A DNA stretch of 36,147 nucleotides from a virus (taxonomy: Duplodnaviria; Caudoviricetes), in IMG/VR virus record IMGVR_UViG_3300020043_000238, positions 1 through 36,147 of that record; one strand, 5' to 3'. Position 1 is the first letter of the stretch. Every line of letters starts with the position of its first letter. The notes below the pieces were generated by a model that did not search any database, had not been told where the DNA came from, and saw only the letters and a program-made list of their open reading frames with translations. Of the stretch, positions 7,707 to 14,893 are shown piece by piece. A program made the position numbers and the translations under genes.

Positions 7707-7715
7707 ATTATAAGC
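7707..7715 (-). promoter_or_regulatory. TATAAT -10 box with operator half-site
   Basis: Minus strand GCTTATAAT just upstream of the structured leader. Confidence 0.5.
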
Positions 7716-7717
7716 GA

Positions 7718-8194
7718 TTAAGCCGTTTGCAAGATAGGCCTAGCCTTTTTTTGCCTGATTTCTTCGTGAACGATAAACAGGGCTTGCTCCATTTCCTTGA
7801 CGGTGCAGTTGTCCAATTGAACGTCATGAATGTCCATCACCAACTTGATGGCGGTCATTTCTGGCCCTGTGAAAGCAAACCTGTCTTTTTCAACGCCACG
7901 CTTTGCCATTGTGTGCAACGCATCCTGTGCCGCCCTAATCTCGTTGGCCCAATCCACGCCCAAGTCATCACGGATACGCACCAAGGCTTCGCAAATGTTC
8001 ATGGCGGCAATCAGCACATCAACGTGATCGCGTGTGCCATTGCCCATCAGGATTGAATCCAAAGCACCGTGATTCTTCAGCTTAAGGTCAACGCCAGCGA
8101 CAGGCAATGAACCAACCTTTTTCATGCCAGCAAGAATCCAATTAAGGTTGTCAGCCCGCACAGGCCGGGGCTTGTAACTGCTCTTTTTTCTCAT
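7718..8194 (-). CDS. Hypothetical protein
   Basis: 158-aa ORF ATGA-coupled to the cro-like gene. Confidence 0.8.
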   Translation of the reverse strand: MRKKSSYKPRPVRADNLNWILAGMKKVGSLPVAGVDLKLKNHGALDSILMGNGTRDHVDVLIAAMNICEALVRIRDDLGVDWANEIRAAQDALHTMAKRGVEKDRFAFTGPEMTAIKLVMDIHDVQLDNCTVKEMEQALFIVHEEIRQKKARPILQTA

Positions 8195-8388
8195 AGTGTC
8201 TCAACAATGGATGGTTCCAGCTTGGTTGGCTCGTCAATAAACCAATCAGGCTTGAGCGTCTTGAGTTGATAGATTCGCATCATGGGAACGTCTTGCCCCC
8301 ATTGTGAGATGGCGGCTTGGCTGACACCAAGGATTGCTGCCAACTTCATTTGCGAACCAGCGAGTTTGATAGCTTTTTGTTTTTCCAT
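8191..8388 (-). CDS. cro: Cro-like HTH regulator
   Basis: AIKLAGSQMKLAAILGVSQAAISQWGQDVP..R HTH; first gene of the leftward arm. Confidence 0.85.
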   Translation of the reverse strand: MEKQKAIKLAGSQMKLAAILGVSQAAISQWGQDVPMMRIYQLKTLKPDWFIDEPTKLEPSIVETL

Positions 8389-8394
8389 GCCGCA

Positions 8395-8494
8395 AGTATA
8401 AGGTAGCTGATGTTGTATTTATGCCAACCGCCTAAAAATTTTTTGCAAATATTTTTTAAAGAAGCCGTAGATGGCGCATAAGTGCGCTTATAAT
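8395..8494. promoter_or_regulatory. Divergent promoter region with two operator/-10 composites
   Basis: Minus 8395-8411 ATCAGCTACCTTATACT; plus 8478-8494 ATAAGTGCGCTTATAAT; AT-rich spacer between. Confidence 0.65.
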
Positions 8495-8539
8495 TAAGCC
8501 ATGCCCTGAACTTCTCGGGGTCTATTTAGGAAAGCAAAC

Positions 8540-8713
8540 ATGAAACCCTCACACTATCAAACCCCCCGCACCTTGGCTGATTGCACCTTTGTTACAGGTC
8601 ACAGCAACATCCACAACAACGAACCTGTTTGGGAAACAGTCGCTGGCTACATCTTGGCGATTGCCATTGGCCTGATCTTCGCTTCATTCCTTTTCTACGG
8701 GTTGTCCAAATGA
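8540..8713 (+). CDS. 57-aa protein with C-terminal transmembrane helix
   Basis: Hand translation MKPSHYQTPRTLADCTF...VAGYILAIAIGLIFASFLFYGLSK; AGGA SD; ATGA overlap with erf. Confidence 0.75.
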   Translation: MKPSHYQTPRTLADCTFVTGHSNIHNNEPVWETVAGYILAIAIGLIFASFLFYGLSK

Positions 8714-9270
8714 AAAACATTGCCACCGCTTTGGTTAAAGCACAACAAGCCTTTGGCCCTGCTTTAAAGACCGCTACAAACCCGCATTTCCGTTCACGGT
8801 ACGCAGACCTTGCCGCTTGCGTTGAGGCTGTTATGGACGGTTTAAACAGCAACGGTATTGCACTTGTCCAGCAACTTACCGAATCAGACACAGGCGTGAT
8901 TGTTGAGACTGTGTTTATCCACGAATCAGGCGAGATGTTGAACTGCGGCAAACTTCACGTTCCCGCTGTCAAGCACGACCCGCAAGGTTATGGCTCGGCG
9001 CTGACATACGCACGGCGCTACAGCTTGATGGCTGCTTGTGGCATCGCTCCAGAAGATGACGATGGCAATGCCGCCAGCCGTAAGGTGGAAGCAAAGAAGT
9101 CCGAGGTTGACGAATCAGTGATGGCAGACCACCTTGCCGCTATTGAGGCCACAACCAATCAAGACGATTTGAAGAAGGCATATGTCAAAGCATACGCATA
9201 CGCCAACGGCGAACCTGTATGGCAGAAGAAAGTCATTGCCGCCAAAGACAAAATGAAAGGCCAGTTGTGA
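8710..9270 (+). CDS. erf: ERF-family single-strand annealing protein
   Basis: NPHFRSRYADL..DPQGYGSALTYARRYSL..GIAPEDDDGNAA. Confidence 0.92.
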   Translation: MKNIATALVKAQQAFGPALKTATNPHFRSRYADLAACVEAVMDGLNSNGIALVQQLTESDTGVIVETVFIHESGEMLNCGKLHVPAVKHDPQGYGSALTYARRYSLMAACGIAPEDDDGNAASRKVEAKKSEVDESVMADHLAAIEATTNQDDLKKAYVKAYAYANGEPVWQKKVIAAKDKMKGQL

Positions 9271-9653
9271 ACAAACAAGAAATGCTAGATCATTTTGCAA
9301 CTCACGCAATGACCGCGCAAATTCAAAAAACTGGTATTACAAATCCATTTGAACAAGCAGAAATTGCTTATCGCATGGCAACACAAATGGTAGAGCGCCG
9401 CAATCGTATCCACGCTGAGTGGGCCAAAGAACAAGAAATGCAGCAAAGATATAAAGCCGCAGATTTACATGAATTAAATTTGCCAGTTAGGTATCACAGA
9501 TGTTTGGCATCTGAGGATATTTTGATGAAACAAGATTTGTGTAATTGGACAGAGCGTGATTTAAGAAAAATTCCAAACTTAGGAGTTAAAGGATTGCAGT
9601 TTGTTAAAGAAGCAATGAATTTAGCTGGCTTGAAATTAAAAGGACAAGAATAA
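9267..9653 (+). CDS. Protein with C-terminal RNA polymerase alpha-CTD-like domain
   Basis: LHELNLPVRYHRCLASEDI..DL..WTERDLRKIPNLGVKGLQFVKEAM..GLKL; GTG start overlaps erf stop. Confidence 0.8.
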   Translation: MNKQEMLDHFATHAMTAQIQKTGITNPFEQAEIAYRMATQMVERRNRIHAEWAKEQEMQQRYKAADLHELNLPVRYHRCLASEDILMKQDLCNWTERDLRKIPNLGVKGLQFVKEAMNLAGLKLKGQE

Positions 9654-10267
9654 TGGAACAAAGAAGCACTGAATGGTTCAATGCCCGTCTGGGCAAGGTC
9701 ACAGCTTCTCGCGTTGCTGATGTTATTGCTAAGACCAAGACGGGTTACAGCACCAGCCGCGAGAACTACATGGCTCAATTGGTCTGTGAGCGTATGACAG
9801 GCACACAAGGCGAGAGTTACAACAATGCCGCTATGCAATGGGGGACAGACCAAGAGCCGCTTGCCCGTGCCGCATACGAGGCCGTTAGTGACGTTTTGGT
9901 TGATGAGGTAGGGTTTATTATTCACCCAACAATCATTGCGGCTGGTGCGTCACCAGACGGGTTGGTGGGTGATGATGGCCTGATTGAAATCAAGTGCCCC
10001 AACACAGCAACGCACATTGACACATTGTTGTCTGACAAAGTGCCGAGCAAATACAACACCCAGATGCAATGGCAGATGGCTTGCACAGGCCGCAAATGGT
10101 GCGACTTTGTTAGTTTTGACCCACGGATGCCTGATGGGTTGCAGATTTTTATTCAGCGAGTGCCTTTTGATGCGGAATACGTCAAGATGCTTGAAGCTGA
10201 AATCACCGGGTTTTTAGTCGAACTAGAAACGAAAATTGAGAAACTTAAGGAAAAAACTCATGGCTAA
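9653..10267 (+). CDS. YqaJ / lambda-exonuclease family nuclease
   Basis: EQRSTEWFNARLGKVTAS..AMQWG..E..GASPDG..IEIKCP..YNTQMQWQM..WCDFVSFDPR. Confidence 0.93.
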   Translation: MEQRSTEWFNARLGKVTASRVADVIAKTKTGYSTSRENYMAQLVCERMTGTQGESYNNAAMQWGTDQEPLARAAYEAVSDVLVDEVGFIIHPTIIAAGASPDGLVGDDGLIEIKCPNTATHIDTLLSDKVPSKYNTQMQWQMACTGRKWCDFVSFDPRMPDGLQIFIQRVPFDAEYVKMLEAEITGFLVELETKIEKLKEKTHG

Positions 10268-10493
10268 ATTACTGAAAGAAATCTCTGTCATCACAGGCAA
10301 ATACACCAATGCCCAAGGACAGGAAAAGAACCGTTACACCCGTGTTGGTTCGATCATTGAAACCAAGAACGGCGAGATGCTTAAGATTGACGTTATGCCC
10401 CTGATGGATGGCGGCTGGAACGGTTGGGCATACATCAACGAACCGCGAGAGAAAGACAGCGGTATGCCGAAAGACGATGACATTAACTTTTAA
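10260..10493 (+). CDS. Small SSB-like protein
   Basis: GKYTNAQGQEKNRYTRVG beta-rich body, acidic DDDINF tail like the SSB tip; follows erf/exo. Confidence 0.6.
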   Translation: MAKLLKEISVITGKYTNAQGQEKNRYTRVGSIIETKNGEMLKIDVMPLMDGGWNGWAYINEPREKDSGMPKDDDINF

Positions 10494-10501
10494 GGACTGA
10501 C

Positions 10502-10651
10502 ATGAAAAAAGTTTTGATTGGTGTTTACCTTGCAACGCTTGCCACAATGACTTGGGCATCTTGCACAACGCACTCTTACACAATGAATGGTCGCATGGTG
10601 ACTTGCACAACCTGTTGCTATGGCAACAATTGCACGACCAACTGCTATTGA
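10502..10651 (+). CDS. 49-aa secreted cysteine-rich peptide
   Basis: Hand translation MKKVLIGVYLATLATMTWA-SCTTHSYTMNGRMVTCTTCCYGNNCTTNCY; TAAGGA SD. Confidence 0.75.
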   Translation: MKKVLIGVYLATLATMTWASCTTHSYTMNGRMVTCTTCCYGNNCTTNCY

Positions 10652-10739
10652 TTAACGGGCCAAAAGCGGATGCTGGTTACTTGTTCTAGGCAGGGACCAC
10701 AAAAAGACACCGGGTGATATCATGACAAACGGAGTCCAT

Positions 10740-11714
10740 ATGCCAAGAGCCGACCTCATTGTTAATCTAGTGCGTGCAGGCAGCGAAGGCGATCAAGGCT
10801 TGTTCAGGTCAACGGTTGAAGCCATTGCCGCCGAAGAGCGTGCCAAGCACCACAACAATCTAGCTGACAGACTGGAGGAGAACCTGCGCGCTGCCAACGC
10901 CCGCCCCAAAGCGGCTGAGGTAGTTCGTAGTTTCGACGGTGGTCATGGTGGGCTGCTCTACGAAATCGAACCTCGCCGTACCCTGTCCTCGGTACTTCTA
11001 CCGTCCGAAGTTCTAAGCGCAATCTCAGAATTGATTGAGGAGCAGCAGCGGCGCGACATTTTGCGTTCCTACGGGCTTGAACCCCGACATAGAGTTCTTC
11101 TCTCAGGTCCTCCAGGCAATGGAAAGACAACACTAGCTGAAGCTATTGCACAAGAACTGATGGTGCCGTTGTTTGTGGTGCGTTATGAAGCTGTGGTTGG
11201 CAGTTTTCTCGGAGAGACGAGTGGGCGGCTCAAGCGGCTATTCGACTTTGCGCGTACTCACCAATGCGTGTTGTTTTTCGATGAATTCGATACTCTTGGC
11301 AAGGAGCGTGGCGATACTCACGAAACTGGCGAAATCAAACGTGTTGTTAGTTCACTTCTTCTGCAAATAGATGCGTTGCCGAGCCATGTGGTTGTTGTTA
11401 CAGCAACAAATCATGCGGAATTGCTTGATCGCGCGGTTTGGCGACGTTTCCAGTTGCGCCTGAGTTTGCCTAGCCCAACTTTAGAGCAACGGACGGCATG
11501 GTTCGATCGTTTCCAAGACCGGCTAGGATGTTCATTAGGCATGGCATCGAAAACACTGGCCACAAAACTCAAGGTAGACAGTTTTTCTGATCTCGAACAA
11601 TTTTGTGAAGATGTCCACAGGCGATATGTTTTGTCGCTGCCCAACTCGAATATTCAAAGCGTTATCAGTGATCGACTGAAACATTGGAAATGTAGAGTGT
11701 CGTCTGATGATTAG
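10740..11714 (+). CDS. AAA+ ATPase, IetA-like (family usually paired with an S8 protease)
   Basis: Walker A GPPGNGKT, Walker B LFFDEFD, ATNH, LDRAVWRRF; N-terminus RADLIVNLVRAG..AIAAEERAKHH; GGAG SD before ATG 10740. Confidence 0.85.
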   Translation: MPRADLIVNLVRAGSEGDQGLFRSTVEAIAAEERAKHHNNLADRLEENLRAANARPKAAEVVRSFDGGHGGLLYEIEPRRTLSSVLLPSEVLSAISELIEEQQRRDILRSYGLEPRHRVLLSGPPGNGKTTLAEAIAQELMVPLFVVRYEAVVGSFLGETSGRLKRLFDFARTHQCVLFFDEFDTLGKERGDTHETGEIKRVVSSLLLQIDALPSHVVVVTATNHAELLDRAVWRRFQLRLSLPSPTLEQRTAWFDRFQDRLGCSLGMASKTLATKLKVDSFSDLEQFCEDVHRRYVLSLPNSNIQSVISDRLKHWKCRVSSDD

Positions 11715-11737
11715 TGCGGCACAGCATAGGGTGCTGG

Positions 11738-11803
11738 ATGAGCGAGCAACAAAGACCACTACTTCTATTTCCCAGGCCTACTGCTTCCGAAAGGACGAGG
11801 CTA
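11738..11803 (+). pseudogene. Probable 5' stub of an S8-peptidase (IetS-like) gene
   Basis: MSEQQRPLLLFPRPTASERTRL starts 23 nt after the ATPase stop, then runs off-frame into phage sequence and stops at 11842. Confidence 0.5.
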
Positions 11804-11985
11804 TTTCCAAGTATCCAAATGGCTGCATTTCAGATGAATTAATGGTTCACTTCCCAAATCATGGAGTCCAAACAATTAGTCCACGTTTTGCCCCATTGAT
11901 CCGCAAAGGATTTATTGAAGACACTGGAGAAAGACGCAAATCTTCTTCTGGGCGATCACAACGAGTTATGAAGGTTATCAAATGA
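11795..11985 (+). pseudogene. 3' part of a small winged-HTH phage gene, native 5' end apparently replaced
   Basis: EAISKYPNGCISDEL..QTISPRFAPLIRKGFIEDTGERRKSSSGRSQRVM; could still be read from ATG 11707 with an unrelated N-terminus. Confidence 0.55.
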
Positions 11986-12290
11986 GCTTTGCAAACGTAG
12001 AAATGAAAGTCATCCAATGGGGTGAAGCCAGAGGCATTGTCCAGAACGGTAATGCTCACACTCAGGCCAAGGTAAAGCTTCAAGAAGAGCTGGATGAGTT
12101 GATTCTTGCTATTGAAGAGAACAACATGCCAGAGATCAAAGACGCTGTTGGTGACTGCATGGTTGTGCTGACAATGATCTGTGCCATCATGGATATTGAT
12201 TTGGTCAGTTGCTACAAAGGTGCGTATGAAGAGATCAAGGACCGTAAGGGTTACCTTCGCCCTGATGGTGTGTTCGTCAAGGAGTCGTGA
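11982..12290 (+). CDS. MazG-like nucleotide pyrophosphohydrolase
   Basis: KLQEELDEL..EIKDAVGD..AYEEIKDRKG..GVFVKE. Confidence 0.85.
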   Translation: MSFANVEMKVIQWGEARGIVQNGNAHTQAKVKLQEELDELILAIEENNMPEIKDAVGDCMVVLTMICAIMDIDLVSCYKGAYEEIKDRKGYLRPDGVFVKES

Positions 12291-12559
12291 TGCTTTGCGA
12301 TACTTGTGAAACAGTAGCCACTTGTTTGAAGTCTGGATGCAGAACCACAGTCTCTGCTCTTGATAAACAAGTGTCAGGCAATCACTACAAGGACAAAGGC
12401 ATCCAGCCTATCGTCTACATCCACGCCAACAATCTTGGCTTTTGTGAGGGCAACGTAATCAAATACGTCACCCGCCACAAAGAAAAGAACGGCGCTGCTG
12501 ACATTCAAAAAGCAATCCACTACCTTGAATTGCTGCTTGAATTGCAGTACAAAACTTAG
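12287..12559 (+). CDS. DUF3310 protein
   Basis: QVSGNHYK..FCEGNVIKYVTR..KNG..DIQKAIHYL. Confidence 0.85.
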   Translation: MMLCDTCETVATCLKSGCRTTVSALDKQVSGNHYKDKGIQPIVYIHANNLGFCEGNVIKYVTRHKEKNGAADIQKAIHYLELLLELQYKT

Positions 12560-13065
12560 GCCATGTCCAAGCCAGTTTTTTGAACCTCTGCAACCCTTCG
12601 GCCCCATCCTTTGCCAAAGGTGTCCCATGTCTGCAAATCCATCAAGAAGGACAAGCGGCGCTTTGCATAGTCTTCAACTAACTGGCTTGCATCCACAGCG
12701 GCTACAGCGGCCAATGTCTTAGGGCCAATGCCGCCATCAGGCTCAACTCCAACACAGGCTTGCAACCACTTTGCAGCACGACCGGGACCACTATTCACAG
12801 CAGCATCAAAGACAACGTAGTCAACGCCTGTTGGCAACTCATCGCCTTTGATCTTGTCCCAATACTTCACCTTGTACATTGGGCCAACAATCTCGGGTGT
12901 CAGGTTACGCATTGCTTTTTCGTCAACCTCATGGCCTACCCATTCTTCCCAAACCCGCTTGGTTACGCCAAGGTTGGTCATACCACCCGGATCAGCGGGA
13001 TGATGAACGTAGCCGCCTTCGTGATGCAAGATTGCCTTTAATGCGGCCTCAAAGTTCGCTTTCAT
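12556..13065 (-). CDS. Endolysin, glycoside hydrolase family 108 with peptidoglycan-binding C-terminus
   Basis: HEGGYVHHPADPGGMTNLGVT..FDAAVNSG..DGGIGPKT..FGKGWGRR. Confidence 0.92.
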   Translation of the reverse strand: MKANFEAALKAILHHEGGYVHHPADPGGMTNLGVTKRVWEEWVGHEVDEKAMRNLTPEIVGPMYKVKYWDKIKGDELPTGVDYVVFDAAVNSGPGRAAKWLQACVGVEPDGGIGPKTLAAVAAVDASQLVEDYAKRRLSFLMDLQTWDTFGKGWGRRVAEVQKTGLDMA

Positions 13066-13074
13066 TTCTGTTCC

Positions 13075-13572
13075 TTATTTGATTGCTGGTGCTTTTGACA
13101 ACAGGTCAGTCTTAGCTTGTGATCCAGCGGATGATCCAAAATAGTAAGCAATGATGCCCGTCCATGCCGTGCCAAGTGAACCAAGCATCATCAAGATTGC
13201 GGGGTTGCTACTGTCCACTTTGCCAATGAACATCATCACCAAAATGCCAAAGAATCCAATGGTCACAGCGCCAGCAAGAATTGGTGGCATCAGGCTACGA
13301 GTTGTCGCTTGCATTTCCCGTGCTGACTTTCGGTCTTCAACTTCAAGTTTCTCAAAGTTCAGACCAAGTTCTTGCGCCTGTTTCTGAAGTTCAATCTCAG
13401 CGATCTTGACCTGTGCAATCTGTTCTGCTGACAGTTTGTTTCCAGCAATCATGTCACTGACTTTATCTGGGTCAACACCAATGGCTTTGGAAATAGCTGA
13501 TACAGCCATTCCAGCCAATGGGCCACCCATTGCTGTGGCGATAGTCGGTGCAATTTGTTTAAGCCAATCCAT
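13075..13572 (-). CDS. Putative holin (3TM / GTA-holin-like)
   Basis: APTIATAMGGPLAG N-terminus, EDRKSAREMQ, two C-terminal TM helices, YYFGSSAGS; adjacent to endolysin. Confidence 0.7.
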   Translation of the reverse strand: MDWLKQIAPTIATAMGGPLAGMAVSAISKAIGVDPDKVSDMIAGNKLSAEQIAQVKIAEIELQKQAQELGLNFEKLEVEDRKSAREMQATTRSLMPPILAGAVTIGFFGILVMMFIGKVDSSNPAILMMLGSLGTAWTGIIAYYFGSSAGSQAKTDLLSKAPAIK

Positions 13573-13573
13573 A

Positions 13574-14185
13574 TCAATTCCCTCGTTTGGTTAGCATTGC
13601 GCTGGCAATCTCCAGCATGAATTTCACTTGCTCTAGGCTCTCAGGCTGTTGAGGCCATCCCACAGTGATCTGTCCAACAAAACGATGTGAGTCTGGTGGA
13701 ACACTCACACGGCAGGTATACCCCACCCCCTTTTCGATGTACCACAGCCCAACTTCTGATTGAGCGTAGCGGTATTCTGAGCAGGGGATTTGGTTGGTCA
13801 TCAAGGCAATCACATCGTTGTTGTTGCCAGCATTCTGAGAGAACAACCCGACATCGATGTCTTCAATGCTCTTATCCCGTCCATCCTTGGTGTACGCCTT
13901 GTAAAGCACACGACTGTTGAACAATGGGTTGACCTTGAACACTGCTACAACAGATGCGCCAGTCTTCTTGAACAGCATGGCAGAGGTTTCATCAACCCTG
14001 CTGGTGTTTATCTCTGGCAGCTTCTTGGATTCTTTGTAGGCATCCCTCATGAACTCTTGGTTCTGCCAAAGGAAGTATCCAGAGAACGCCACAACACCCA
14101 TCAGCAAGACGGCAAACAGCTTGAAGGGGCTGTCCACATAGGCCAGCACCTTGTCGATGACGGAAGAGGGCTTATCGTCACTCAT
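13574..14185 (-). CDS. Single-TM membrane protein resembling T4 holin T (GAF-like soluble domain)
   Basis: N-terminal TM then AYKESK, GASVVAVFKVNP, FVGQITVGW and a terminal helix. Confidence 0.55.
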   Translation of the reverse strand: MSDDKPSSVIDKVLAYVDSPFKLFAVLLMGVVAFSGYFLWQNQEFMRDAYKESKKLPEINTSRVDETSAMLFKKTGASVVAVFKVNPLFNSRVLYKAYTKDGRDKSIEDIDVGLFSQNAGNNNDVIALMTNQIPCSEYRYAQSEVGLWYIEKGVGYTCRVSVPPDSHRFVGQITVGWPQQPESLEQVKFMLEIASAMLTKRGN

Positions 14186-14628
14186 CGCAGATACCTGACG
14201 TACAGCACGATCCCGTAAATAATCAGAGCCGCCAAAATCAATCCAGCGAGGCTGATGGCGATGTACTCAACCATTTGCTCGGCTCTCTTTTTGCGAGAAG
14301 CAACTCTACGAGCCTCAGCTTCTTTGGCCTCGCGCCTACGTTTTGCAGCAGCAGCTTGGAACCTTTGCCAGTCTTCCCACATGCCAGCACGACCAGCGTA
14401 GACCATCGACTCGCGCAGATGCTCTTCTTGCTGTTTAAGCTGCTCCAACGCCATGAACTCTTCAAGGTCAGAGCCGCCACCTTTTTGTGTGGCTTTCTCT
14501 TGAATCTTGGCTTTGTTGTCAAAGTAATCAAAAACCTTGGACCCAAGGGCTGACAACTCTTTACCGTTTGCCAGTGCAGCTTTGATGACCGCATAGGCAG
14601 CGTTTGCTGCTGCAAGTTCTGCAATCAT
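14182..14628 (-). CDS. Hypothetical membrane protein (coiled coil + C-terminal TM)
   Basis: Charged helical middle, hydrophobic C-terminus; in lysis region. Confidence 0.75.
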   Translation of the reverse strand: MIAELAAANAAYAVIKAALANGKELSALGSKVFDYFDNKAKIQEKATQKGGGSDLEEFMALEQLKQQEEHLRESMVYAGRAGMWEDWQRFQAAAAKRRREAKEAEARRVASRKKRAEQMVEYIAISLAGLILAALIIYGIVLYVRYLR

Positions 14629-14717
14629 CGCAACACCTCAATCAACACTTTAATTGTCCAGATGACAATGCCGACAATCAGAAATGCCGCGACAAGTGCC
14701 TCGGCAAACTCTTTCAT
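14625..14717 (-). CDS. 30-aa single-TM peptide
   Basis: MKEFAEALVAAFLIVGIVIWTIKVLIEVLR; ATGA overlaps on both sides. Confidence 0.6.
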   Translation of the reverse strand: MKEFAEALVAAFLIVGIVIWTIKVLIEVLR

Positions 14718-14893
14718 TTTGACAACCACATGGCAGAAAAGATTACGCTTGCCATAGCCATAATCATTACCCCTGCCGCCGTTACGATCACGCCTTCCAG
14801 CCGCTTTAGCCGTGCGTTGATTTGCTCGTAACGAAAGGCGCAAACCTGTTCGTGGGTTGACAGTCTTGCATCGGTTGCGTCAATTGTGTTCAT
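14714..14893 (-). CDS. 59-aa XhlA-like membrane protein
   Basis: Hand translation MNTIDATDARLSTHEQVCAFRYEQINARLKRLEGVIVTAAGVMIMAMASVIFSAMWLSK. Confidence 0.7.
   Translation of the reverse strand: MNTIDATDARLSTHEQVCAFRYEQINARLKRLEGVIVTAAGVMIMAMASVIFSAMWLSK

Noticed and set aside
8389-8539. Lysogeny switch
   Set aside because: Divergent promoters exist but no CI-like repressor or integrase was recognised anywhere in the window
8581-8709. N-terminal extension of ERF in the ORF track
   Set aside because: Region is better explained by the 57-aa gene 8540..8713 with its own SD; ERF starts at 8710
10677-11803. Insert as an IS/transposon (IstB-like ATPase) or as the phage helicase loader
   Set aside because: No transposase, terminal inverted repeats or target duplication seen; motifs are classic-clade AAA (DEFD, ATN, LD.A..RRF), not IstB/DnaC
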